A DNA stretch of 64,000 bases from Clostridia bacterium (GCA_017503525.1 JAFVTA010000061.1:8040-72039), one strand, 5' to 3'. Shown: positions 47,810-57,651, numbered from the stretch's first letter. Numbers and translations are program-made. Notes: generated from the letters alone by a model not told the origin.

Positions 47810-48568
47810 TTACTCGTTTTCAGCTGCAACAACTTCTTCAATGGAAGTAGGTTCAGCTTCAACTACGGGAGCAACCAAAGCTTCTTCGCCTTGGTTTGCT
47901 TCGATAACTGCGTTTGCGATAACAGACGCGATAAGCTTGATTGCGCGGATAGCGTCGTCGTTGCCGGGGATTACGTAGTCAACTTCGTCGGGATCGCAGT
48001 TGGTATCGGTGATTGCAACGATCTTGATACCGAGTTTCTTCGCTTCTTTGATAGCGATGTCTTCATTGTGGGGGTCAACCACGAACATAACGCCGGGCAT
48101 AGCCTTCATGGTCTTGATACCGCCAAGGTTAGCCTGCAATTTGCCCATTTCTTTCTTCAAAAGCATAACTTCTTTCTTGGGAAGAAGATCGAAATCGCCG
48201 TTTGCTTCCATAGCTTCGAGCTTTTCAAGACGCTCAACGCGGCTTCTCATCGTTTTGAAGTTGGTCAAGCAACCGCCAAGCCAACGACTGTTAACGTAGT
48301 ACTGACCGCAACGTTCTGCCTCTTCTTTGATTGCGTCTTGCGCTTGTTTCTTCGTACCAACGAAAAGGACGGTCTTGCCTGCCTTAACGCTGTCGCAAAC
48401 GAAGGAGTACGCTTCTTCAATCAAGTTCGCGGTAAGCTGCAAGTCGATAATGTGAATATCGTTTCTTGCCGCGAAGATATACTTCTTCATTTTGGGATTC
48501 CACTTTCTCGTCTGGTGACCAAAGTGAACGCCTGCTTCCAAGAGCTGCTTCATAGTGATAACTGCCAT
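47810..48568 (-). CDS. rpsB: 30S ribosomal protein S2
   Basis: 252-aa ORF: [27 protein letters not shown]. Confidence 0.97.
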   Translation of the reverse strand: MAVITMKQLLEAGVHFGHQTRKWNPKMKKYIFAARNDIHIIDLQLTANLIEEAYSFVCDSVKAGKTVLFVGTKKQAQDAIKEEAERCGQYYVNSRWLGGCLTNFKTMRSRVERLEKLEAMEANGDFDLLPKKEVMLLKKEMGKLQANLGGIKTMKAMPGVMFVVDPHNEDIAIKEAKKLGIKIVAITDTNCDPDEVDYVIPGNDDAIRAIKLIASVIANAVIEANQGEEALVAPVVEAEPTSIEEVVAAENE

Positions 48569-48790
48569 AATTCAAACCTCCGTTGTTCCTCCTCGCGTTG
48601 TGTTGGCTCGTAATGACGCCTGCATTGAAAGATTTTACAGGCACGGATTACGCACAATAGGCGAGTGTGAATTTTTAGCTATATTATTTTAACATAAAGG
48701 CAATCTAAACGCAAGCTATTTTATAGCCTTTTTATCCTTTTTTTGCCTTTTTTCAAAGAAAAAAGCGAGGAAAATCCTCGCTCTTATCGA

Positions 48791-49549
48791 TTATTCTAAT
48801 TCCAACGCCTCGTCGCTGTTTTCGTACTCTTCGTACTGGTGGCAAAACTCCGCAAATACCTCGTCCAACAGCTGTTCATCTTCCAAAGGCTGTAAAATCG
48901 CCTCGTCCCCCTCGCCTTGGAGTGCGAAGATAATTACTTCGTCCTCTTCCTCTTCCGATTCGGGTTCGGCTTTTTGGAAACAGCAATACATGTCGCCGCG
49001 GTATTCAATCGTCGCGATATGGTACAGCTTTTCAATCGTGCCGTCGTCTGCCTCTAACTCGAAAATTCTGTCCTCTTCTTCATAAACTTCGTTATTCATA
49101 ATAGGTTCCTCCACCTTTTTATTTTTTTGTTTTTGACGGGAAAGATAGCTTTCCAAAATGTACGAGGCTGCTATCGAATCAATCGTCTTTTTTCGATCCT
49201 GACACTTAATTCCGCCCATGATTTGCGTTTCGCGCGCCTGCATGGTCGTGAACCGTTCGTCCTCAAGCTCAATCGGCAAATCGGTTTTTTGGCGCAGGTA
49301 TTCGATAAACTCTCTCGTTTTGATTACCTGTATCCCTTCCGTTCCGTCGAATTGAAAGGGAATCCCGCATACGATTACCCCTGCCCCCTTTTCTTTGGCA
49401 AGCCTTGCAAGCGCTTGCGCGTCCGCGCCGATATCACGGGTGCGCGTAAAGGTTTCGCAGGGCATAGCGTATTCGTTGAACGGGTCGGATACCGCCACGC
49501 CGATTCGTTTGTTGCCTATGTCGAAGGCGATTACTCTTTTTCCTATCAT
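48791..49549 (-). CDS. ruvX: RuvX/YqgF putative pre-16S rRNA nuclease fused in frame to a DUF1292-like acidic domain
   Basis: ORF 48791..49567 with start moved to ATG 49549 (MIGKRVIAFDIGNKRIGVAVSD). After ~aa 145 the frame continues without a stop into MNNEVYEEEDRIFELEADDGTIEKLYHI..., preceded by an internal GGAGG. Confidence 0.8.
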   Translation of the reverse strand: MIGKRVIAFDIGNKRIGVAVSDPFNEYAMPCETFTRTRDIGADAQALARLAKEKGAGVIVCGIPFQFDGTEGIQVIKTREFIEYLRQKTDLPIELEDERFTTMQARETQIMGGIKCQDRKKTIDSIAASYILESYLSRQKQKNKKVEEPIMNNEVYEEEDRIFELEADDGTIEKLYHIATIEYRGDMYCCFQKAEPESEEEEDEVIIFALQGEGDEAILQPLEDEQLLDEVFAEFCHQYEEYENSDEALELE

Positions 49550-49650
49550 GCTTTTATTATAACACAACTATGCTCCCCCGTCAAACTTTTTCGGGCGTAT
49601 ATTCTCTAAATTCTTTCACATACTATCTGCAAAACCACAGGGAGGTTATT

Positions 49651-49890
49651 ATGGAAAAATTTGCAATCGGTTTACTGCTCGGCGGAGTGGGCGGAGCCTT
49701 GCTCGTCGCGAATAACTATAAAATGCGCACCCTTGTGAAAAAGGGTCAAGACGAGGTCATGGCAAAGGTCAACGAGTTCATGGACGGTAAAATCAAAGCC
49801 ATGGAAGAGGGCGTAGAAGAGATCCAAGAAAAAGCCGAAGAAAAGACGGAAAGCGTGAAACGTAAAATGAGAAAAAAGACGGAAGAATAA
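49651..49890 (+). CDS. YtxH-like small protein
   Basis: GGGAGG RBS before ATG 49651. 79 aa with a glycine-zipper TM N-terminus and a charged helical tail. Confidence 0.7.
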   Translation: MEKFAIGLLLGGVGGALLVANNYKMRTLVKKGQDEVMAKVNEFMDGKIKAMEEGVEEIQEKAEEKTESVKRKMRKKTEE

Positions 49891-49892
49891 AA

Positions 49893-49932
49893 GAATACCC
49901 CACCCGTGTACGCATACACGGGTGGGGTATTC
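49893..49932. terminator. 18-bp perfect palindromic hairpin (left boundary of AT-rich islet)
   Basis: GAATACCCCACCCGTGTA-cgca-TACACGGGTGGGGTATTC followed by T6. Its 30-nt core recurs at 50741..50772. Confidence 0.75.
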
Positions 49933-49936
49933 TTTT

Positions 49937-50230
49937 TTACTTATTTGCTTTTCTCAAATCATCAACCAATAGCTTAATATGCAAAATCTGTTCTTCCGTC
50001 AAACCTTCCCCGTCAATCGGACAACTTGTCGTTCTACCCAAAAGCAAATCTGTCGTTATCCCAAAAAAGTCTGCCATCCTTTCCAACATTTCAATAGACG
50101 GTAAAACATTATCGTTTTCCCAATTTGAAACACATTGTTTTGTCACACAAAGTCTTTTCGCAAAATCTACTTGGCTCAACCCTCTTTGTTGGCGAAACGT
50201 TTTGATATTTTCATTTAATACCTTTCTCAT
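49937..50230 (-). CDS. XRE family HTH transcriptional regulator
   Basis: 97-aa ORF: FRQQRGLSQVDFAKRLCVTKQCVSNWENDNVLPSIEMLERMADFFG. Confidence 0.88.
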   Translation of the reverse strand: MRKVLNENIKTFRQQRGLSQVDFAKRLCVTKQCVSNWENDNVLPSIEMLERMADFFGITTDLLLGRTTSCPIDGEGLTEEQILHIKLLVDDLRKANK

Positions 50231-50275
50231 AATACCCCCTAAATCAATTATTACAATACAATTATAAAAAATTGC

Positions 50276-50304
50276 TTGACTTTATAAAAATACTATGGTA
50301 TACT
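50276..50304 (+). promoter_or_regulatory. Sigma-70-type promoter of the zinc-ribbon gene
   Basis: TTGACT-N17-TATACT. Confidence 0.6.
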
Positions 50305-50346
50305 AATAATTGACTAAGGTCTATCTATTTTTTTTGGAGGTTTTTT

Positions 50347-50718
50347 ATGAAGTGCTTTATTCATGGAGCAAAAGAAGCAGTCGCAGCATGTCGCACCTGC
50401 GGGAAAGGTATGTGTTCGGAATGTTCGGCTTATAGCGGACACACTGGTGTTTGTCCTGAATGTCGAAAGAAGGAATTTGAAGCAGAGTGCAGAACTAAAG
50501 AAAACAGTATTAAGGAATTAACTAGGAATATTGCTCTTTGGGTGTTCCTGTCCATTATCCTTTGCTTTACTATCATTATCCCTATTATCGGCATTGTAAA
50601 AATTCTTATCTACGTACACGAGAAAAAGCAACTCTTATCCCGTGTTGAAACCCTTTATAAAGAAATTCAAAAACTTAACAATGCTCTTAAACGCAACGGA
50701 GCAAACGCTTTTATTTAA
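50347..50718 (+). CDS. Zinc-ribbon (B-box-like) membrane protein
   Basis: 123-aa ORF with CxxHxnCxxCxxxxCxxC...CPEC cysteine pattern, one TM helix and a C-terminal coiled-coil-like tail. Confidence 0.65.
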   Translation: MKCFIHGAKEAVAACRTCGKGMCSECSAYSGHTGVCPECRKKEFEAECRTKENSIKELTRNIALWVFLSIILCFTIIIPIIGIVKILIYVHEKKQLLSRVETLYKEIQKLNNALKRNGANAFI

Positions 50719-50740
50719 TTTACATAGCTTAACGCATTTA

Positions 50741-50772
50741 AACCCACCCGTGTATGCATACACGGGTGGGTT
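50741..50772. terminator. Palindromic hairpin (right boundary of AT-rich islet)
   Basis: AACCCACCCGTGTATGCATACACGGGTGGGTT. One mismatch to the 30-nt core of the hairpin at 49893..49932. Confidence 0.7.
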
Positions 50773-50775
50773 ATT

Positions 50776-51417
50776 TTATTCCATTCTCAATTTTTCGTTT
50801 TCACTTTTTAACCGTGCGTTTTCCGCTCGCAGGCGTTCGTTTTCCGCCTTTAAGGCTTGCGCTAATCTATCGTACAACGCGTTGATTTCGCTCTCCAAGC
50901 GACGGCGCAAAAAATCGTTCTTGGGCAGGGGATTCTTTTCCTGCTTTTCATTCGCCTTTTGCACGCGCTCCGCCTCGTCCGCTAAACCAAGCTGTTTGGC
51001 AATCTCCGCGATACGCTCGGGCTCTTTTTTGAGCGTGTTGCGATACTTATTCTGCAAACGGAGCATGAGCTTATCGTCACCGCCCGAAAGGTTAAAAATC
51101 GCTCTGCGCACGGATATGCCCTTGCTCTTTTCCGCAAGGATACTTCTAATCACCTCGTCCGTTTCCTCTTCCGTGAACTCGCGGATTTTTTCCACGGAAA
51201 GTTCCGACCCGTCCAGGAGTTTTACGATGCGCTCGTCCTCTTTCTCATTTTTCATGAGCGCGTAATAATAGTTGCGCACGCTCCCCTTTGCTCTGCCGTG
51301 CCGAACGCCGTAGCTTTCAAATAAATAAGTAAGCGTCTTGCCCTTGCGTTTGCCTTCTTTGATAAATTCGACTAAATTTTTCGCCTCTTCTTCCGTGTAG
51401 CCGTTGATTTTATTCAT
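50776..51417 (-). CDS. Hypothetical protein with two Myb/SANT-like (RsfA-like) repeats and C-terminal coiled coil
   Basis: 213-aa ORF with YTEEEAKNLVEFI... and FTEEETDEVIRSI... repeats and the tail RLRAENARLKSENEKLRME. Confidence 0.45.
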   Translation of the reverse strand: MNKINGYTEEEAKNLVEFIKEGKRKGKTLTYLFESYGVRHGRAKGSVRNYYYALMKNEKEDERIVKLLDGSELSVEKIREFTEEETDEVIRSILAEKSKGISVRRAIFNLSGGDDKLMLRLQNKYRNTLKKEPERIAEIAKQLGLADEAERVQKANEKQEKNPLPKNDFLRRRLESEINALYDRLAQALKAENERLRAENARLKSENEKLRME

Positions 51418-51507
51418 AGCACATCTCCCAAATTATGTTTGTAGAGAAATTATTGACCGATTTTCCTCTTTTATACTTTTTCGCAGGAAAAAATCATATA
51501 CTATTTT

Positions 51508-52422
51508 ATGAAAATTTATTTTTTATCCGCAATCCCCTGCGCCCTTACCCTAAACGGCGTTTATTTCGGGCTTACCGACCGCTTTGAACGGTTTGCCGAA
51601 ATCCATTTAGCCGATAAAATTTTCGCTGAATTTATCCCCGAAAACGCACAGCCTATCCGTTTCTTTATCACCGAACGCTTACCTAGCGTGCCGCCGCAAG
51701 GCTGCGAAGTATACCTGCTCCCCGACGGGCTCGCGGTATTCGCGCGCGATTTCCCGCCCTTGCCAGCCCCTCTAACCGTGATTGCGCAGGCTCGTTTTCC
51801 TCAAGGGCTCGTCACCGTTTTTTCGCAAGGCGGGGTACAGGTATCGATTGAAAATAGCTTTGGACTTTTCACCTCGTACCTGCCCCCTTCCTTTTCCGTT
51901 TGCGAACTCACCTATCATGAAGGGCTGTTCTTCCTAAAAGGGCAAAACTGCCTTGCCGTTTACACGCAAAAAGGCAGGCAGGTGTTGCTGGAAGAGGTGC
52001 TTTCCTTTGAAATAGAGAACGGCGAACTAAAAGCCGTGCTCCCCCTTTCCGACTGTTTAGGAAGAAACGCAAATTGTGTTTGGGCGATTGACGAGGAAGG
52101 CTGCATACAAAAATCCTGCACGCTTACGCAAGCGCGGACGCACGGCGGCGACGGGAACGAGGCGGACATTCTTAAAGAGCTGTTGCCCTATGCTTTTTTT
52201 GAAAGCGTGCTCATCGGCGCGGACTTTACGCCCTTTTTATCAAACGAATTGCAAACCAAGGCAGGCGCGCTTACCGCGTTTTTGGGGGAGTTCAAGGCGG
52301 TCGTTCCCACAGACGATCCATTTGTATGTAGGCTAATCTATCAAAAGCAAGAACGCTTATTCGAGGCGCGAGATTTCAAGGTTTGCGTCGAAAAGGATAA
52401 AATTACCGACGTCACGGGCTAA
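51508..52422 (+). CDS. Hypothetical protein (304 aa)
   Basis: Long ORF with native-like composition and no recognisable domain. Confidence 0.6.
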   Translation: MKIYFLSAIPCALTLNGVYFGLTDRFERFAEIHLADKIFAEFIPENAQPIRFFITERLPSVPPQGCEVYLLPDGLAVFARDFPPLPAPLTVIAQARFPQGLVTVFSQGGVQVSIENSFGLFTSYLPPSFSVCELTYHEGLFFLKGQNCLAVYTQKGRQVLLEEVLSFEIENGELKAVLPLSDCLGRNANCVWAIDEEGCIQKSCTLTQARTHGGDGNEADILKELLPYAFFESVLIGADFTPFLSNELQTKAGALTAFLGEFKAVVPTDDPFVCRLIYQKQERLFEARDFKVCVEKDKITDVTG

Positions 52423-52528
52423 AATAGATAAAAAAAACCACCCTCAAACGCTTGACTTGGGGTGGTTTTTGTTATACAATACAATGGCGTTAGGAGTATC
52501 CTACGCAAAAGTAAAAAGGAGAAAGCAT

Positions 52529-52762
52529 ATGAAAAAAGTAATTTGCAAGAAGGTATACGATACCGAAACTTCCACCTTTATTAAAAAGGTGACCTACGGT
52601 GTATTCGGCTGTGCGGACGGCTGGGAAGAATGTCTTTTCCAAACGGAAAGCGGACACTACTTCCTCTACACCAACGGCGGTGCGGAAAGTAAATATCCGC
52701 AGGAAAACATTACGCGCATGAGCGCGGAAAAGAAAGACGCTTGGCTTAAAGCCAACGCATAA
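52529..52762 (+). CDS. Hypothetical small protein (77 aa)
   Basis: AAGGAG RBS before ATG 52529 (MKKVICKKVYDTETSTF...). A terminator follows. Confidence 0.55.
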   Translation: MKKVICKKVYDTETSTFIKKVTYGVFGCADGWEECLFQTESGHYFLYTNGGAESKYPQENITRMSAEKKDAWLKANA

Positions 52763-52796
52763 AAAATAGGTATGCCCCAAGGCATACCTATTTTTT
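52761..52796. terminator. Bidirectional intrinsic terminator
   Basis: AATAGGTATGCC/GGCATACCTATT hairpin flanked by A- and T-runs. Confidence 0.8.
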
Positions 52797-52797
52797 A

Positions 52798-53670
52798 TTA
52801 ATATTTCTTAACGCTTACTTTCTTGATCACGATTGCGGTGTTCGGCGTATTGAAGGTCTTTTTCGTCTTCTTACTGCCGACAAACACGTCGTCTTGGTCA
52901 ACGAGCATTTCCGTTTCCGTCACGAAATCGTCTTCGCTTTCAAAGGTTGCGATAAATTCGTCCAAGTCCGCTTTGAATTCTTTCAATTCCTCTACGCTGT
53001 CTTCGTCCGCCAAGTTTGCAAAGGTGCAGTACTTGGTATTATTCGTTTCACCCTCGGAAAGCGTAATGAAGAACATGGACGTTGCGCTGTTGTACTTATA
53101 CGCTCTCGAAGCAAGCTGTCCTTCCTTTTCCTTCTTCAAGTAAGGGGAATACACCTTTGCGGAGGTATCCTTATCGAAGTAGTACATGGTAAGCGCGCCG
53201 AACGTTTCCTTTAAATGGCCGTTCTTTACGCTAAAATTATTATCGGAAAATTCGCCATATACGGTGTAGGTAGGCGCGGATTTATCGTTGTTCATCCATA
53301 CGCTTACGGGGAAATCGCCGTAGTTGTCAAAGGTTTTAATCGTATCGTAATAGGGTTTATAGGTCAGCCCGTTATCCGCGGAATAGCTGTACGCACCCGT
53401 GTACATTCTCGTATACGAACTGGAGTTGTAATCGTGCACGCAAAGCCCATCGTAATACCCGTTGCCTGCAAGCCAAAGGAATTGATTTACCGTCGAGGGC
53501 GCAAGCTTTCTATAAAGCTCGTATTCAAGCGTATAGGTTTTGCCGTTGAACTCGATTTCCATTTCCACTTTGGGGCGTGCGGTTTCGCAAGCGGTAGCCG
53601 TAGCCAAACAGCCGAAAATGCTGACAGCGGATAATGCGGTGCAAAGTATCTTCTTCATGGTTTTATTCAT
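52798..53670 (-). CDS. Cyclophilin-type peptidyl-prolyl isomerase lipoprotein
   Basis: ORF 52798..53703 with start moved to ATG 53670 after AGGAGA. Signal/lipobox FGCLATATAC. APSTVNQFLWLAGNGYYDG resembles the cyclophilin motif. Confidence 0.75.
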   Translation of the reverse strand: MNKTMKKILCTALSAVSIFGCLATATACETARPKVEMEIEFNGKTYTLEYELYRKLAPSTVNQFLWLAGNGYYDGLCVHDYNSSSYTRMYTGAYSYSADNGLTYKPYYDTIKTFDNYGDFPVSVWMNNDKSAPTYTVYGEFSDNNFSVKNGHLKETFGALTMYYFDKDTSAKVYSPYLKKEKEGQLASRAYKYNSATSMFFITLSEGETNNTKYCTFANLADEDSVEELKEFKADLDEFIATFESEDDFVTETEMLVDQDDVFVGSKKTKKTFNTPNTAIVIKKVSVKKY

Positions 53671-53788
53671 AGTTTCGTAATCTCCTAATCGCGAAAAACG
53701 CAAAGCGCGCTTTTCCTATAATACTATTTTACCCATAAATCCCCTTTCTGTCAATCGCTTTTAAGCACTTTTTGAAAGGTTGAAAAAT

Positions 53789-53823
53789 AAAAAAGCAAAC
53801 ACACGAGTGTGTTTGCTTTTTTT
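53789..53823. terminator. Bidirectional intrinsic terminator after rplL
   Basis: AAGCAAACACAC/GTGTGTTTGCTT hairpin with flanking A/T runs. Confidence 0.8.
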
Positions 53824-53835
53824 GAAGTAAAAAAC

Positions 53836-54207
53836 TTATTTAAGTTCAGCGGTAGCGCCGTTTTCTTTAAGTTTTGCAACGAACGCTTCTGCGTCAGCTT
53901 TAGGCATAGCTTCTTTGATAACGCCCATAGCTTCAACAGCTTTCTTAGCATCAGCAAGGCCAAGACCGGTAGCTTCACGAACAACCTTAATGATTGCGAT
54001 CTTGTTAGCGCCGATGTCCTTAAGAACAACGTCGAATTCCGTCTTTTCTTCAGCTGCGGGAGCTGCTTCTGCTGCTGCGCCGCCTGCTGCAGGAGCTGCT
54101 GCAACTGCTGCGCTTACGCCAAATTCTTCTTCCAATGCTTTTACGAGTTCGTTCAATTCAAGAACGGTCATAGCTTTTACTTCTTCAATGAGTTTCTGTA
54201 CGTCCAT
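53836..54207 (-). CDS. rplL: 50S ribosomal protein L7/L12
   Basis: 123-aa ORF with an Ala-rich hinge and C-terminal [26 protein letters not shown]. Confidence 0.97.
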   Translation of the reverse strand: MDVQKLIEEVKAMTVLELNELVKALEEEFGVSAAVAAAPAAGGAAAEAAPAAEEKTEFDVVLKDIGANKIAIIKVVREATGLGLADAKKAVEAMGVIKEAMPKADAEAFVAKLKENGATAELK

Positions 54208-54256
54208 TTTTTTAATCCTCCGATTTTTTTTAATAATGATTTTTTAATTTAGATAA

Positions 54257-54757
54257 TTAGTTGCTTTCTTTTGCTTTTGCAATCTGATCCAAAACACCAA
54301 CGAATTTGGACAGCGACGACTGGAAGCAACCAAGCATTTTCGCAATGAGAGTTTCCTTGGAAGGAATTGCGGAAAGCGCTTTAACGCCAGCCTTGTCGAG
54401 ATATTTGTTTTCTACGAACGCGCACTTGGGCATAACCTTGTCCGCCAATGCGGGGTTTGCTTTCGTTTCCTTTGCGAAAACTGCTGCGCCGCTCGTTTCG
54501 TCCGCACAGAATACCGTTGCGGTCGTACCGTTGAGATCGCCGTCGAAATCGGTAATACCAAGTTCGTTGAACGCACGTCTAACAAGGGTGTTTTTGTAAA
54601 CCTTGTATTCGCAGTTTGCTTCTTTGAACTTGTTGCGGAGAGCCGTGACTTCCAAAACCGTAAGCTTGTTATAATCTGCAAGCACGATGGATTTGCTGTT
54701 TTGAATCTTCGCTTTGATTTCTTCGACAATTTTTGCCTTTACTTCTACGTTTGCCAT
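54257..54757 (-). CDS. rplJ: 50S ribosomal protein L10
   Basis: 166-aa ORF upstream of rplL. Confidence 0.96.
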   Translation of the reverse strand: MANVEVKAKIVEEIKAKIQNSKSIVLADYNKLTVLEVTALRNKFKEANCEYKVYKNTLVRRAFNELGITDFDGDLNGTTATVFCADETSGAAVFAKETKANPALADKVMPKCAFVENKYLDKAGVKALSAIPSKETLIAKMLGCFQSSLSKFVGVLDQIAKAKESN

Positions 54758-55008
54758 AAATTTTTTACCTCCTTTAAGCGGAAACCGCCTGACATAAAAA
54801 ATACCTTACACCGCAGCGGCATAAGGACACAATACTTGTAATAAGTTTATTGCCTACGCCTCGGCGAGCGGTTGCCCATCAAACCTTTCGGTACTCACTT
54901 TCTACGGTTTCGTTGATTTTTACTATGTTATTATATCATCTCCGTCAAAGGCAGTCAACTAATTTTAACCGCCTTTGACGAGATTTTTTCATTTTTTCCT
55001 AATTTCGA
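54758..55008 (-). ncRNA. Probable L10 (rplJL) leader / rplA terminator region
   Basis: 250-nt untranslated spacer between rplA and rplJ with several hairpins. This is the position where the L10 leader is known in Bacillota; the structure was not verified. Confidence 0.45.
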
Positions 55009-55695
55009 TTAAAGTTTAGGAAGAACCTTTACGCCAGGGCCCATGGTGGAAGCAAGCGTCACGCTCTTAAGGTAGGTACCTTTTGCAGCTGCGGGCTTCG
55101 CTTTAACGATAGCATCCATAAGCGCGGTGTAGTTTTCTACAAGCTTTTCTTGACCAAAGCTCTTCTTACCGATAGGGCAGTGGATAATTGCGGTTTTGTC
55201 AAGTCTGTATTCAACTTTACCAGCCTTAACTTCTGCAATTGCCTTTTCAACGTCCATGGTGACGGTACCCGACTTAGGGTTAGGCATCAAGCCTTTAGGA
55301 CCAAGGACACGACCGATACGACCTACCATCCCCATCATGTCAGGGGTGGTGATCATAACGTCGAAATCGAACCAGTTTTCGTTTTGGATTTTAGCGATAA
55401 GCTCTTCTGCGCCAACATAGTCTGCGCCTGCAGCCTGCGCTGCGTCTGCTTTCGCACCCTTTGCGATAACCAAAACTCTCTTGGTTTTACCGGTACCGTG
55501 GGGAAGAACGAGTACGCCACGAACCTGTTGGTCAGCCTGACGGGGGTCAACGCCCAAACGAACGTGAAGTTCGATGGTTTCGTCGAATTTCGCCTTAGCC
55601 GTTTCCAACAAAACGGACATAGCCTCAGCTGCTTCGTACTGTTTTGCTAAATCAAATGCTTTTACGCTGTCTTGATATTTCTTTCCGTGTTTCAT
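55009..55695 (-). CDS. rplA: 50S ribosomal protein L1
   Basis: 228-aa ORF with MKHGKKYQ N-terminus. Confidence 0.97.
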   Translation of the reverse strand: MKHGKKYQDSVKAFDLAKQYEAAEAMSVLLETAKAKFDETIELHVRLGVDPRQADQQVRGVLVLPHGTGKTKRVLVIAKGAKADAAQAAGADYVGAEELIAKIQNENWFDFDVMITTPDMMGMVGRIGRVLGPKGLMPNPKSGTVTMDVEKAIAEVKAGKVEYRLDKTAIIHCPIGKKSFGQEKLVENYTALMDAIVKAKPAAAKGTYLKSVTLASTMGPGVKVLPKL

Positions 55696-55714
55696 TTTCT
55701 ACCGCCTCCTTGAC

Positions 55715-56140
55715 TTACTCTTCGACGGTGACGCCCATGCTGCGAGCGGTACCTGCGATCATGCTCATTGCGCTTTCAAGGCTGGTGCAGTTCAAGTCGG
55801 GCATTTTCGTCTTTGCGATTTCTTCAACCTGAGCTTTGGTCAGCTTACCAACTTTAACGGAGTTGGGTTTAGCGCTTGCCGTTTCAAGACCGAGGGCTTT
55901 CTTGATCAAAACGGGAGCGGGAGGGGTCTTCAAAATAAACGTGAAGGAACGATCTTGATAAATCGTCACAACAACGGGAATGATAAGACCGGGTTTGTCT
56001 GCCGTCTTTGCATTAAATTCCTTGGTAAAGCCGGGAAGGTTGATACCGAAGGGACCAAGCGTAGAACCTACGGGAGGAGCCGGGGTAGCTTTACCGGCAG
56101 GAAGCTGCAATTTTACGACTGCTGTAATCTTCTTTGCCAT
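55715..56140 (-). CDS. rplK: 50S ribosomal protein L11
   Basis: ORF 55715..56170 with start moved to ATG 56140 ([25 protein letters not shown]). Confidence 0.97.
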   Translation of the reverse strand: MAKKITAVVKLQLPAGKATPAPPVGSTLGPFGINLPGFTKEFNAKTADKPGLIIPVVVTIYQDRSFTFILKTPPAPVLIKKALGLETASAKPNSVKVGKLTKAQVEEIAKTKMPDLNCTSLESAMSMIAGTARSMGVTVEE

Positions 56141-56224
56141 AATAATATTTCTCCTTAGTGGTTTTTGCAAAACGCCTTGAATAGATTTGACGTTTCTCCC
56201 ACTTATTTAACAAATCAAAACGGA

Positions 56225-56779
56225 TTATTCTTCCGTCGTTTCGGGGATTTCCCCTTCAACCTTTTTAATCTGGATAAATTCCACTTCTACGTCCGTTGTT
56301 CTGCCGAACATGGTGGTGGTAATCTTCGCCTTTTGCGCCGACTGGTTGACTTCCTTCACCGTACCAAAGAAGCCCTTCAAAGGACCGTCCTCAATGGATA
56401 CGCTGTCGCCTACGGAGAAGATTTCGTCCGTTGCGTATTCTTCCAAGCGCATTTTGCGGATTTCGTCGGTTTTCATGGGAATAGGTCTGCCTTGAGGTCC
56501 GCAGAAGCCCGTCACACCGCGCGTGCTGGTCACGTAGTACCAGATTTGGTTGGTGTAGATCATTTTAATGAAAACGTAGCAAGGAAGGAGCTTTCTTTCC
56601 ACTACCTTCAGCTTACCGTTCTTTTCTTCAACGACCTGCTCCATGGGAATTTTTAAATCAACGATATAATCGCCCAGATTGTTGTTTTCAATTAATTTTT
56701 CCAAGCTGTCTTTAACCATTGCCTCATACCCGGAATAGGTATGAAGAATGTACCACTTGGGTTCTTCGTTCATCGGCAT
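56225..56779 (-). CDS. nusG: Transcription termination/antitermination factor NusG
   Basis: 184-aa ORF with KWYILHTYSGYE NGN domain and a C-terminal KOW. Confidence 0.96.
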   Translation of the reverse strand: MPMNEEPKWYILHTYSGYEAMVKDSLEKLIENNNLGDYIVDLKIPMEQVVEEKNGKLKVVERKLLPCYVFIKMIYTNQIWYYVTSTRGVTGFCGPQGRPIPMKTDEIRKMRLEEYATDEIFSVGDSVSIEDGPLKGFFGTVKEVNQSAQKAKITTTMFGRTTDVEVEFIQIKKVEGEIPETTEE

Positions 56780-56794
56780 AGTTTTCCCTCCGAA

Positions 56795-57016
56795 TTACGA
56801 GATTAAGCCAAGCAACCAGCCCAAAAGCGCGTCAACGCCCGTCACGACCGCAAGGAAAGCGGCAACAACGACCAAAACGACGCCCGTCGTTTTTACAACG
56901 GTGGAGAATTTAGGCCACGTCACTCTCTTAAGTTCGGAGAACGTTTCCTTAAACTTCGCGCCTACGCGACGGAAAAAGCCGGGTTTCTTGTTCTTGGATT
57001 TAGTAGCGTTTGCCAT
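56795..57016 (-). CDS. secE: Preprotein translocase subunit SecE
   Basis: 73-aa ORF with ELKRVTWP and a C-terminal TM helix. Confidence 0.93.
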   Translation of the reverse strand: MANATKSKNKKPGFFRRVGAKFKETFSELKRVTWPKFSTVVKTTGVVLVVVAAFLAVVTGVDALLGWLLGLIS

Positions 57017-57084
57017 GTTGGATACCTCATGCGCGTATGTTTAAAATAGAAAGGCTCGTCCTCTCTATCTTAAACTTTGCGGAA

Positions 57085-57249
57085 TTATTTGGATTCTTTG
57101 TGTTCGGTGTGCTTTTTGCAGAACGGGCAGTATTTAGACATAACCAATCTGTCGGGATCGTTCTTTTTGTTCTTAATACTGTCGTAGTTTCTATGCTTGC
57201 ATTCCGTACATTCAAACGTGATTTTCGCTCTAGCGGTTTTAACTGCCAT
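57085..57249 (-). CDS. rpmG: 50S ribosomal protein L33
   Basis: ORF 57085..57267 with start moved to ATG 57249 ([22 protein letters not shown]...[14 protein letters not shown]). Confidence 0.95.
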   Translation of the reverse strand: MAVKTARAKITFECTECKHRNYDSIKNKKNDPDRLVMSKYCPFCKKHTEHKESK

Positions 57250-57498
57250 AATAAAAACTCCATACAAAAAATTACACCCCTCTACGGGTGCGTGAGATTA
57301 GTTTAACACACTTTCGAGGGGTTGTCAATCTTTTTTGAAAGCTTTTTGTAAGTTTTTTTATATTTTTGAGAAAAATATTTTTTCCCTATACGCTACAATA
57401 TTATAATAGCGTTTTGGCATATCAAGTTTAAGTTATAGTGCCATTTTGGCGTATCAATAGAACATGTATCCCCACGCCCAAGCGTGGGAATACTATTT

Positions 57499-57651
57499 TT
57501 ATACCTCTTCTATGTACACTCTAAACTCTTTTCCGCCGGGCAAAAGAAAGGTGAACACCCCTTCTTCTTCGTCTTTGTAAACGCCTACGATATTCTCCTG
57601 CAAAAGTGCCTTTAAGGTTGCTTGAAAGTCTTTTTTCGTTAAGTTGTTCAT
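57499..57651 (-). CDS. Hypothetical 50-aa protein (below the ORF-track cutoff)
   Basis: Own translation: MNNLTKKDFQATLKALLQENIVGVYKDEEEGVFTFLLPGGKEFRVYIEEV. AAGGAG RBS. Divergent from the double-HTH genes. Confidence 0.5.
   Translation of the reverse strand: MNNLTKKDFQATLKALLQENIVGVYKDEEEGVFTFLLPGGKEFRVYIEEV

Noticed and set aside
48569-48790. The 220-nt untranslated region upstream of rpsB as a ribosomal-protein leader, and a possible leader upstream of pckG (35682..35884).
   Set aside because: These are plausible positions for cis-regulatory RNAs, but I could not derive a convincing conserved fold by eye. They are not reported as features.
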